Origin: an uncultured Bacteroidota bacterium
Lineage (GTDB): Bacteria > Bacteroidota > Bacteroidia > AKYH767-A > OLB10
Direction: 5' to 3'
DNA: 64,000 bases
Assembly (NCBI GenBank): GCA_900696575.1
Contig: CAADHD010000018.1
Coordinates: 151,106-215,105, forward strand
Under the pieces are notes generated by a model, which did no database searches, had not been told where the DNA came from, and saw nothing but the letters and a program-made list of their open reading frames with translations. Below, piece by piece: positions 49,637 through 58,057 of this stretch (the first letter of the stretch is position 1; each line of letters opens with the position of its first letter). Position numbers and translations under genes: made by a program.

Positions 49637-50527
49637 TTAATTGTTTTTACTTTGTTTTACAAAAGGGGTTAATTCGCGGAAATCGGACAGCATGTGCCTG
49701 AAAATTTCTTCGTTTTTCAACAGTATAAATTTGTCTTCTTCCTGTTCCTGCACTTCGTCTCCGGCAGGCGGCTGTTCGGTATGCCGATAAATTTTCCATA
49801 TCCCTTCATGATATTCTAAAGCGCTGAGGTTTTCAATCCAGTCGCCCGAGTTGAGGTAGATTACGGGTCCTTTATCAGTAGCAATGGTTTTGATTTCAGG
49901 ATGATGAATATGCCCGCAGACTACATACCGGTAATGATTTTTGGCAGCCAGAGCGGCACAGGTGTTTTCAAATGAGTTGATATAACTCACCGCCTGTTTT
50001 ACGTTGTTCTTGATTTTTTTGGAAAGAGAGATGCGTCCGCGTCCGGTTTGTTCGCTGATAAAGTTGCAGAAGGTGTTGAGATGAATAAGCCAGTTGTAAC
50101 CGACCGAACCGAGGCGTGCCAGCCATCGGGCATGTTGCATGGTTATGTCAAAAACATCGCCATGAAAAATCCATGTTTTGCCTTCAGGAAGGTTAAGTAC
50201 CAATTTGTTTTCAATCATAAAATTGGAAAGACGGAAGCCGGCAAAGCGCCTCAGCATTTCATCGTGATTGCCGGTGAGGTAATAAACCGTTACTCCTTTC
50301 TTAAGCCATTTGGTTATCTGGTGAATAACCTGCATGTGCGACTTTGGGAAATACTTCTTGTCAAACTGCCACACATCAATGATGTCGCCATTCAGAATCA
50401 CTGTTTCCGGCTGAATGCTTTTCATATAAGCAACCAATTCTTTGGCACGGCATCCATACGTGCCGAGATGCACATCGGAGATCACTACTATTTCTACTTT
50501 TCGTTTTGTTTTAGGATAAGTATTCAT
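49637..50527 (-). CDS. Metallophosphoesterase of the UDP-2,3-diacylglucosamine hydrolase superfamily, PlcP-like
   Basis: SDVHLG, GDIIDVW, FPKSH, TGNHDEMLR, HGDVFD, CGHIHHP, YLNSGDWIE. Confidence 0.85.
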   Translation of the reverse strand: MNTYPKTKRKVEIVVISDVHLGTYGCRAKELVAYMKSIQPETVILNGDIIDVWQFDKKYFPKSHMQVIHQITKWLKKGVTVYYLTGNHDEMLRRFAGFRLSNFMIENKLVLNLPEGKTWIFHGDVFDITMQHARWLARLGSVGYNWLIHLNTFCNFISEQTGRGRISLSKKIKNNVKQAVSYINSFENTCAALAAKNHYRYVVCGHIHHPEIKTIATDKGPVIYLNSGDWIENLSALEYHEGIWKIYRHTEQPPAGDEVQEQEEDKFILLKNEEIFRHMLSDFRELTPFVKQSKNN

Positions 50528-50678
50528 GGCTATGTAAAATAGTGTGAAGATTTTCCTGCTGCTCAGGATTAAAAGTAAAGACAGGCAGCGGTTTTTTGGT
50601 CAGAGTAGTAAAAGCAACTGAAAAAGATATATACAATCGTTGTCTTTTCCGCAAAAAAACCGTCTCTGCTTCCGCTGA

Positions 50679-50708
50679 TTGTTATGTCAAGGTTAACGAA
50701 TGGGTAAT
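50679..50708 (-). promoter_or_regulatory. Candidate OmpR/PhoB-type triple direct repeat
   Basis: Minus strand TTACCC-ATTCG-TTAACC-TTGAC-ATAACA, 11-bp period, in the divergent promoter region. Confidence 0.4.
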
Positions 50709-50827
50709 TATTAACACAGAATCGTTGACGGCAAAACCATCATAGCCGATTTAATTATTTCATAAACTTTTTTTTACGCTGCTGGCCGAAACCGCTTATA
50801 CTTTTGGGTTCCCAAACCGCTTCAACC

Positions 50828-51592
50828 ATGACCAAATCCTTCTACCTTGTGGCTTTATGTTCTTTTTTATTTTCTGCAGGCATCAGTGTTCAAGCACAGG
50901 AGAACAAAGTATCTCCGCCTGTAACCGCAAACATTGATCAGTTTGATTCTGTAGTGTTCGACCTTTCACAGGCTGTTGTCGCCAACGGCTATTTGGAGTT
51001 CCCTGTGTATTTCAAAACGGATGATGTAATCTATTCACTTGATTTTTCGCTTAAATACAATCAGACCAAATATCTGTATGATACCATCATTGATATGACC
51101 ACTTACCTCCTTGATAATTCGTTTTACAACCAATTTGACTCAACTATCCGTTTCACCTCAAGCAGTCTGACTCCCATTCCCAATTTGACGCAATTGGTAA
51201 AAGTACGATTCGACACCATCACTACCAGCCTCATGTGCTTTGGTGATATTTTTACGCTTAAGGGATATCTCAATGGCGACCAATGCAGCGTTAAATTAGT
51301 TGACTGCAACCTGCTTTCTGTTTCAGAGAATTCATTCAATCACGGAAGTATTGTCATATTTCCGGTTCCTTCTAAGGAGGTCATTCATGTCCGCATGAAT
51401 GAATTGATTCAGAATGCTGTTATATCAATGACGGATTTATCAGGCAGAATCATTGAAGAGCAAAATCATCAGATTGTTCAGCCCGGTTCAACCGTTTCTT
51501 TTGAAACGGGTAATCTGTCCGATGGGGTTTACTTGGTAACCGTTAAATCCGGAAGAAATACGTTTACCGGGAAAGCGGTCATCAACAAATAA
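50828..51592 (+). CDS. T9SS cargo: single cohesin-like domain + CTD
   Basis: Signal peptide A|Q; FPVYFKTDDVIYSLDFSLKY..RFTSSSL..VKVRF; CTD IFPVPSKE..LSDGVYLVTV..GKAVINK; TACTTTTG -7 box upstream. Confidence 0.8.
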   Translation: MTKSFYLVALCSFLFSAGISVQAQENKVSPPVTANIDQFDSVVFDLSQAVVANGYLEFPVYFKTDDVIYSLDFSLKYNQTKYLYDTIIDMTTYLLDNSFYNQFDSTIRFTSSSLTPIPNLTQLVKVRFDTITTSLMCFGDIFTLKGYLNGDQCSVKLVDCNLLSVSENSFNHGSIVIFPVPSKEVIHVRMNELIQNAVISMTDLSGRIIEEQNHQIVQPGSTVSFETGNLSDGVYLVTVKSGRNTFTGKAVINK

Positions 51593-51698
51593 TTACTTCA
51601 TACCTGCGCACGAATAATTTCTGCCAAACTTTTGCTGCTGTTTGCAGAACTTAACATGGTTTCAGCCTGATTTATTCAAATCATTTTTGAGGTCGAAC

Positions 51699-51715
51699 TT
51701 AATAATTCGTTAACC
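51699..51715 (+). promoter_or_regulatory. Candidate OmpR/PhoB-type direct repeat
   Basis: TTAATA-ATTCG-TTAACC upstream of a TACTTTTG -7 box and the 51777 ORF. Confidence 0.4.
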
Positions 51716-51776
51716 CGAATGATTTTGGGAAAGATTTTTACGCAGATACTTTTGTCTTCCACTAAACCTGTTTGCT

Positions 51777-53054
51777 GTGAAACCTGTTTTCCGGGGCCTT
51801 CTTGCGCTTGCCATTGTCTGTCTCTCAATGTGCAGTTGTGTTAATGCGCAACCCGGCATGTCAACATCCTTAAGTGTAACCGCCATTGATCAATACGATT
51901 CTGTTTTTTTCGATTTGTCGCAGGCTGCCTGTATCTCCACCCTGGCTCAGTTTCCTGTCTTTATAAAGACGGATGACCCGGTATATGCGCTTGACTTCTC
52001 ACTGAAATTTGATGTAACCAAAATGGCTTATCACTCTATCGTTATTCATCAGGGTTACCTGATGGCATCAGCCAATTACAACAGTGCTGACAGTACGTTG
52101 CGTTTTACTTCCTCCAGCATGACTCCCATCGGTAATCTTGTTTCATTAGTATCAGTAAGATTTACTATGCTTAACGGTGGGCAGATTAACGATTCAGACC
52201 TCAACCCTAAATCATCATTGCTGAATGGAACATCCTGCTCGCGCAGAATTGTTCACGGAGCTTTACAGCCTGTATTAAATCCTGCCGGAGTTTTAATTAT
52301 TGATCCCGGTGACAGCATTACGCTTTCGGTCAGCGCTCCCGTAAACAGCTCCTTCCTTTGGTCAACCAGCACAACAGCTAATTCCATTGTTGTTTACGCT
52401 GCAGGAAATTATTCAGTTACCGTTACTACACAGGCAGGATGTAATATCAATCTCAGTGCTTCCATTCAATATACTTCTCCATTACCTGTGCAACTCTTGG
52501 TGTTTTCGTTAAAAATGATTTCGGGTAATGTATTGGTTCAATGGATAACCGTTTCAGAAGTAAACAATGATTTCTTTACAGTCGAACGCTCTGCTGACGG
52601 AATACATTTTGAAGATATTGGAATTGTGGATGGTGAAGGGAACAGTACTCAATTGCTCACCTATCAGTTGTTGGATGATAAACCTCTGTCCGGAATTTCT
52701 TTTTACCGCCTTAAACAAACCGACTTTGACGGGAAGTTTACCTACTCGCAAACCGTAAGCATCAGTAATGTTAATGTAACCGATGAAACGTTTACGTTAT
52801 TCCCCAATCCGGCAAACCAATACATCAATATCCGTGGTAATAATTTTTCTGAAGAGAGTTTGGAAGTAGGCTTATACAAAGCAGAATTGATGGATATGTC
52901 AGGCAAGGTGATGAAGAGCATACAAGTTACAGGCATAGAGCAACAGATGGATGTAAGTCAACTGCCGGCAGGAATTTGTTTTATGCGAATTCTTCCGGCC
53001 GCACCAGGCAATGATTCAAAGATGTTTTTGCAGCGGGTGGTGGTAATGCATTGA
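51777..53054 (+). CDS. T9SS cargo: cohesin-like + Ig-like + Fn3-like + CTD
   Basis: FPVFIKTDDPVYALDFSLKFD; AGNYSVTVT; PLPVQLL..SEVNNDFFTVERS..YRLKQTDFDG; LFPNPAN CTD; GTG start. Confidence 0.82.
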   Translation: MKPVFRGLLALAIVCLSMCSCVNAQPGMSTSLSVTAIDQYDSVFFDLSQAACISTLAQFPVFIKTDDPVYALDFSLKFDVTKMAYHSIVIHQGYLMASANYNSADSTLRFTSSSMTPIGNLVSLVSVRFTMLNGGQINDSDLNPKSSLLNGTSCSRRIVHGALQPVLNPAGVLIIDPGDSITLSVSAPVNSSFLWSTSTTANSIVVYAAGNYSVTVTTQAGCNINLSASIQYTSPLPVQLLVFSLKMISGNVLVQWITVSEVNNDFFTVERSADGIHFEDIGIVDGEGNSTQLLTYQLLDDKPLSGISFYRLKQTDFDGKFTYSQTVSISNVNVTDETFTLFPNPANQYINIRGNNFSEESLEVGLYKAELMDMSGKVMKSIQVTGIEQQMDVSQLPAGICFMRILPAAPGNDSKMFLQRVVVMH

Positions 53055-53073
53055 TTAGACAACTCTCAAAGGC

Positions 53074-53336
53074 AAACCGCAGAGGGGTTATAATCCCTTT
53101 CGAGGGTTGTGTATGCCATCCCTTCGGGATTCTACTAATGCTGTATTTGTTTTCTACAATCATTCCACCGCTACGCGGTTTTGATTTCGTAGATTAATTA
53201 AATCTGTACAAATTTTTAATCCCGCAGGGATGAAATGATTATAGCAAGATTGACTGAGCAGAACAAAATCCCGCAGGGATGAAATGATTATAAATCAGAT
53301 TTAAAAAGCAGAGAGGAACCCCGAAGGGGTGGAATA
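53074..53336. repeat. Composite REP/BIME-like element 3, direct repeat of element 2
   Basis: 53117-53172 is identical to 34338-34393; second identical block TGATTATAGCAAGATTGACTGAGCAGAACAAAA. Confidence 0.88.
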
Positions 53337-53476
53337 ACTTCCATTTACCAATTGGCAGAACTTTTCCGTATGCTTCTGCTAATCCGTCACTTTCAATCCA
53401 TGAACCCCTGCCAACTTGGCCATTTTTTACCAATGGTTTGGTTTATGATGAACACAGGCCAAACGATTAATTAATT

Positions 53477-56095
53477 ATGGACTTCAACAAATTCACTATA
53501 AAATCGCAGGAGGCTGTGCAGCAGGCTCAGTTTCTTGCATCTTCCAATTCGCATCAGGCCATTGAAACCGGCCATCTGCTAAAAGCACTGCTTACGGTTG
53601 ATGAGCATGTGGCTCCTTTTATTTTAAAGAAACTCAATGTTCATCTCGTCACACTTCAAACACGAATTGATGATATCATCAGCCGTTACCCTAAAGTAAG
53701 CGGTGGAAATGTTTATCTGAGCAATGATGCCAACAAAGCGTTGCAAAAGGCAATGAGCATTGCTACTAAAGAATTTAAAGATGAGTTTGTTTCCATTGAG
53801 CACATTCTGCTCGGAATACTGGCCGGCAATGATGAAACGGCAAAACTGCTTCGCGAATCAGGTGCCAATGAGAAAGAAATTACCAAAGCCATTCAGGAAT
53901 TAAGAAAGGGCGAGCGTGTAACCAGTGCTTCTGCCGAAGAAACCTACAATGCTTTAAATAAATATGCAAAGAACCTGAATGAACTTGCCCGCACCGGTAA
54001 GCTTGACCCCGTTATTGGCCGTGATGAGGAGATAAGGCGCGTGTTGCAGATTCTTTCGCGCAGAACAAAAAACAATCCTGTCTTGATTGGCGAACCCGGT
54101 GTTGGTAAAACTGCCATTGCCGAAGGCTTGGCTCATAGAATTATCAATGGCGATGTGCCCGAAAACCTCAAATCAAAAATCATTTACTCGCTCGATATGG
54201 GAGCACTCATTGCCGGAGCCAAATACAAAGGCGAATTTGAAGAACGTTTAAAAGCAGTGGTGAAAGAAGTAATCAGTGCCGAAGGAAGTATTGTGTTATT
54301 TATTGATGAAATACACACGCTCGTAGGTGCCGGTGCGGGCGAAGGGGCTATGGATGCTGCTAACATTTTAAAACCTGCATTGGCAAGAGGAGAACTGCGT
54401 GCCATCGGTGCTACCACATTGAATGAGTATCAGAAACACATCGAGAAAGATAAAGCGCTCGAACGCAGGTTTCAGAAAGTGATGGTGGAAGAACCCGATA
54501 CCGAAGACGCCATTTCCATTCTGCGCGGATTGAAAGAGCGTTATGAAACACATCATAAAGTTAGGATTAAAGACGATGCCATCATTGCGGCCGTTGAACT
54601 TTCTCAACGCTACATTACTGATCGTTTTTTGCCGGATAAAGCCATTGATTTAATTGACGAAGCCGCTTCAAAGCTTCGATTGGAAATGGATTCCGTTCCC
54701 GAAGAGTTAGACGAACTGAACCGCAAAATCATGCAGCTCGAAATTGAACGCGAAGCCATCAAGCGCGAAAACGATAAAGCCAAACTCAAAGAACTAAACG
54801 AAGAAATTTCTAACCTCAACGAACAGCGCAATGAAGTAAAAGCCCGCTGGCAGTCAGAAAAAGAAGTGGTTGAAAAAATTCAATCGGCCAGGGAGAAAAT
54901 AGAAAACCTGAAGTTAGAAGCCGAGCAGGCCGAACGCGCAGGGGATTACGGCAAAGTAGCCGAAATCCGCTACGGTAGAATAAAAGAAACCGAAAAGGAA
55001 CTGGAAGCGCTGATGAAACAGCTTAGCGAAACACAATCAAAAGGCGCCATGATGAAAGAGGAGGTTGACAGCGAAGATATTGCCGAAGTGGTTTCGCGCT
55101 GGACAGGCATTCCCGTTAATCGCATGCTGCAGAGCGAGCGCGAAAAACTTTTGCATCTGGAAGAAGAACTTCACAAACGCGTAGTGGGGCAGGACGATGC
55201 TATTGCTGCTATTTCCGATGCAGTCCGCAGAAGCCGTGCCGGATTGCAGGATGCTAAACGGCCAATCGGTTCTTTCATCTTCCTCGGCTCTACCGGTGTA
55301 GGTAAAACCGAATTAGCCAAAGCGCTGGCAGAATACCTGTTTAACGATGAGAACAGCATGGTGCGTATTGACATGAGCGAATATCAGGAACGTCATACCG
55401 TTTCTCGGCTGATTGGTGCTCCTCCGGGATATGTGGGGTATGATGAAGGCGGACAACTTACCGAAGCCGTTCGCAGAAGGCCTTACTCCGTGGTGCTGCT
55501 GGATGAAATTGAAAAAGCCCATCCTGATGTGTTCAACATTCTGTTGCAGGTACTCGATGATGGAAGATTAACGGATAACAAAGGTCGCACCGCCAACTTT
55601 CGAAACACAATCATCATCATGACTTCCAACATCGGAGCGCATATCATCAGCGAAAACTTTGAAGGAATAAATGACCTGAACCGTGATGAATTGATTGCCC
55701 GCACACGCCTACAGGTAATGGACTTGCTGAAAAAATCCATACGTCCTGAATTTCTGAATCGTATTGATGAAATCATCATGTTTAATCCGCTTACGCGTAA
55801 TGAAATTGAAGACATTGTAAAAATTCAGTTTAACGCAGTGGCTGCTCGGCTGAAGGAAAATGGAATTACTGTAACCATAGAACCAAAAGCAGTAGAATGG
55901 TTAGCCGAGCTGGGCTATGACCCGCAATTTGGCGCGCGCCCGCTGAAACGCGTCATTCAGAAAAAAATAATGAATGAGCTGTCCAAAGAAATTCTGGCAG
56001 GAAGGATTAACAGGGAAGATGAAATCAGCATCAGCCTGAGCAATAAAAAAGAATTTGTTTTCAAAAACAAAAAGCTGAAAGCAGAGGCGGTGTAA
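53477..56095 (+). CDS. clpB: ATP-dependent chaperone ClpB
   Basis: [24 protein letters not shown]-domain coiled coil, [25 protein letters not shown]. Confidence 0.98.
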   Translation: MDFNKFTIKSQEAVQQAQFLASSNSHQAIETGHLLKALLTVDEHVAPFILKKLNVHLVTLQTRIDDIISRYPKVSGGNVYLSNDANKALQKAMSIATKEFKDEFVSIEHILLGILAGNDETAKLLRESGANEKEITKAIQELRKGERVTSASAEETYNALNKYAKNLNELARTGKLDPVIGRDEEIRRVLQILSRRTKNNPVLIGEPGVGKTAIAEGLAHRIINGDVPENLKSKIIYSLDMGALIAGAKYKGEFEERLKAVVKEVISAEGSIVLFIDEIHTLVGAGAGEGAMDAANILKPALARGELRAIGATTLNEYQKHIEKDKALERRFQKVMVEEPDTEDAISILRGLKERYETHHKVRIKDDAIIAAVELSQRYITDRFLPDKAIDLIDEAASKLRLEMDSVPEELDELNRKIMQLEIEREAIKRENDKAKLKELNEEISNLNEQRNEVKARWQSEKEVVEKIQSAREKIENLKLEAEQAERAGDYGKVAEIRYGRIKETEKELEALMKQLSETQSKGAMMKEEVDSEDIAEVVSRWTGIPVNRMLQSEREKLLHLEEELHKRVVGQDDAIAAISDAVRRSRAGLQDAKRPIGSFIFLGSTGVGKTELAKALAEYLFNDENSMVRIDMSEYQERHTVSRLIGAPPGYVGYDEGGQLTEAVRRRPYSVVLLDEIEKAHPDVFNILLQVLDDGRLTDNKGRTANFRNTIIIMTSNIGAHIISENFEGINDLNRDELIARTRLQVMDLLKKSIRPEFLNRIDEIIMFNPLTRNEIEDIVKIQFNAVAARLKENGITVTIEPKAVEWLAELGYDPQFGARPLKRVIQKKIMNELSKEILAGRINREDEISISLSNKKEFVFKNKKLKAEAV

Positions 56096-56098
56096 AGG

Positions 56099-56713
56099 TT
56101 AAGCCGTTTCGGCCGGCTCAAATTCGGGACAGTCGAGCCTGAGAGCAGAAACAGACAAATGTTTTTTAAGAAGGCGGCAATAATGTTTGCTGCCTTTTTC
56201 TTTTGATTCATAAAACCGGCAATTGTAACACATGCGCTGTACAGTAATGATGCCTTCCGAATGGAGATGATAAATAATATGCAGCAGCCCGTTCAGCATG
56301 ATTTCTTTTTCCTGCCGGTTAATGGCTTTAATCGGAGAATGTAAAGCACTGCTGAAAAGGGCGGCTTGTTTTGCCGTTGACTTTCCTTCATGTGTCAGCC
56401 GCAGGATGAAACTCCTTGTATCCGATTCGTCCTGTTCTTTTTCAATCAGTTTTTTTCGTTCCAGTGTTTTTACCACCTCGCTTACTGTGGCTTTTGTCAT
56501 GCCGAATTCGGCAGCCAGCGAACTCACGGTGCAGAGTGATTCATGATGATAAAGCAGAAAAATCAAAATTTGCACCTGGATAGGCGTCAGCTCAAGTTCT
56601 TTGCTTTCATTCCATAACAAAACTTTGAAAGCATTGGCAATGCGCTCAAGTGCCGCGGCAATGCGGCTTTCGGTATTTTCATTTTGCTGATTCAGATCAA
56701 AATCCGATTTCAT
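56099..56713 (-). CDS. MarR-family regulator with C-terminal four-Cys domain
   Basis: wHTH LAAEFGMTKATVSEVVKTLERK, DTRS; C-terminal CYNC..C..DC; ATG at 56713. Confidence 0.88.
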   Translation of the reverse strand: MKSDFDLNQQNENTESRIAAALERIANAFKVLLWNESKELELTPIQVQILIFLLYHHESLCTVSSLAAEFGMTKATVSEVVKTLERKKLIEKEQDESDTRSFILRLTHEGKSTAKQAALFSSALHSPIKAINRQEKEIMLNGLLHIIYHLHSEGIITVQRMCYNCRFYESKEKGSKHYCRLLKKHLSVSALRLDCPEFEPAETA

Positions 56714-56730
56714 GAGCGTCAAAGAAAATT

Positions 56731-56761
56731 AAAAAAACTGCCTGCTTCGTAAGCAGGCAGT
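56731..56761 (-). terminator. Intrinsic terminator between DUF2024 and marR
   Basis: A7-CTGCCTGCTT-CGT-AAGCAGGCAG; T-tail on the minus strand. Confidence 0.75.
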
Positions 56762-56787
56762 AAAAGTTAATAGAGCTGTAAAGTCAA

Positions 56788-57132
56788 TCATTCGCATCCT
56801 TCCATTTCAAGGATATAGTATCCTTTTTTATTAATATCGGCTTCCCATTCGGGAAACACATAACGTATATGGCAAAAGCGGCATTCTTTCGAAGTCAATG
56901 GCTGTCCTTCCTGCCCCTTGGATTTGAGGTACTCCTTTCCGTAACGGTAAATCAAATTAGTGTCCTTTACTTCGGCAGGAGCAATGATATCAAAGTGCAT
57001 AACCCCACCGCTTTTTTTGGGAACATAAGTGTCCCACACGGCAACTTTCATAGGTTCTTTTCTTGTTTGTGATAAAGTTGTTTCGGCCATGGCGGCTACG
57101 AAAGCAGTAAGCAGAAAAACAAACCGGTGCAT
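56788..57132 (-). CDS. DUF2024-family protein
   Basis: MKVAVWDTYV..MHFDI..YGKEYL..ECRFCH..I..KGYYI. Confidence 0.88.
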   Translation of the reverse strand: MHRFVFLLTAFVAAMAETTLSQTRKEPMKVAVWDTYVPKKSGGVMHFDIIAPAEVKDTNLIYRYGKEYLKSKGQEGQPLTSKECRFCHIRYVFPEWEADINKKGYYILEMEGCE

Positions 57133-57135
57133 GGA

Positions 57136-57666
57136 TTATTCGCGATAAGAGCTGAAAACAAAATCCTTGTCTTTCTGTGCAGTATGACAATTATAACAGG
57201 CCGTTTTTCCGTCAATATCCAGTTTTTCGCCTAACAGATTTTTATAACCACCGAACCCCCATCCTCCGGTTTCGGAGAAGGCTTTAGCATTTTTATACAT
57301 AACCCCGACTACTTTACGATCACCTTCTGTTACGGCATTATCCGCACGTACGGCATGGAACAAATCGAAAACGATCACCGAGCCGTCAGGAAATGTGCCG
57401 TTGCGATAACCTTGCATGGCCTCGCTGTTAGCATACAGGTGATGAATGCCGCCAAACGATTCGTACAGCGGATGGCCTTCCTCCAGAATCATAGATTTTA
57501 CATGTGTCCAGTTGCGAAATCCCTCCGGATAATATACATCGGCAGGAAGCTCTTTAACAGCCGTAGGTTCTGCTTTCTGTTCAGGCTGTTCGGGAGAAGG
57601 TTGTTTACAGGCGGGAATAACAGCTGCTGCTGCATAAAGAAGTGTAATCAGAATCGTTTTTTTCAT
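57136..57666 (-). CDS. Cytochrome P460-fold c-type cytochrome lipoprotein (c'-beta type)
   Basis: Lipobox IPAC; YPEGFRNW, FGGIHHLYAN, FPDGSVIVFDL, GGWGF, C-terminal CYNCH..DFVFS. Confidence 0.85.
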   Translation of the reverse strand: MKKTILITLLYAAAAVIPACKQPSPEQPEQKAEPTAVKELPADVYYPEGFRNWTHVKSMILEEGHPLYESFGGIHHLYANSEAMQGYRNGTFPDGSVIVFDLFHAVRADNAVTEGDRKVVGVMYKNAKAFSETGGWGFGGYKNLLGEKLDIDGKTACYNCHTAQKDKDFVFSSYRE

Positions 57667-57712
57667 GATGATTTTTTGATTTAATGGTTTGACATGCTGA
57701 AAATTTTCAGGG

Positions 57713-57738
57713 CAAATATAGTAAGGAATCCTAACTAT
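57713..57738 (-). promoter_or_regulatory. -7 promoter box with abutting palindromic operator
   Basis: TATATTTG (minus strand, 57713-57720) overlapping the near-perfect palindrome ATAGTAAGGAATCCTAACTAT (57718-57738). Confidence 0.7.
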
Positions 57739-58057
57739 GCAAATGTTCCGGAAAACCACTTTGAAATACAAGGGGAGCAATGACACAGGAAAACAAACCG
57801 GAATTTACCAAATGGCAAGCTAAAAACGCATGCTAAGTATTTTAACAAGCAGGTATCTGCACCAGCGCTGTCATTTCTGCAAAAGCAGGAATCACTCTGA
57901 AATTGAAAACCGGCTATACAGATACAAGGATTCTGTGATGCCCCAGATCATTTAACAATGGTTAAACATTTACTAAGTACCATGATTATTCAGATCGTTT
58001 TCACAAAGGCGCCCACACGTTTGTATTGTTTTTAAAAACAAAACAAAAAAGATCACT

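Noticed and set aside
34687-53054. Classical cellulosome or SusC/SusD polysaccharide utilisation locus
   Set aside because: No secreted dockerin-bearing glycoside hydrolases and no SusD; the only GH (GH1) lacks a signal peptide and lies in the opposite-strand operon
32508-53336. Repeat-spacer arrays as CRISPR
   Set aside because: Units switch orientation within an array, are degenerate, spacers are shared between loci, arrays are only 5-6 units, and no cas genes are present; REP/BIME-like fits better
57136-57666. True hydroxylamine-oxidising cytochrome P460
   Set aside because: The cross-linking Lys position is Phe, pointing to cytochrome c'-beta
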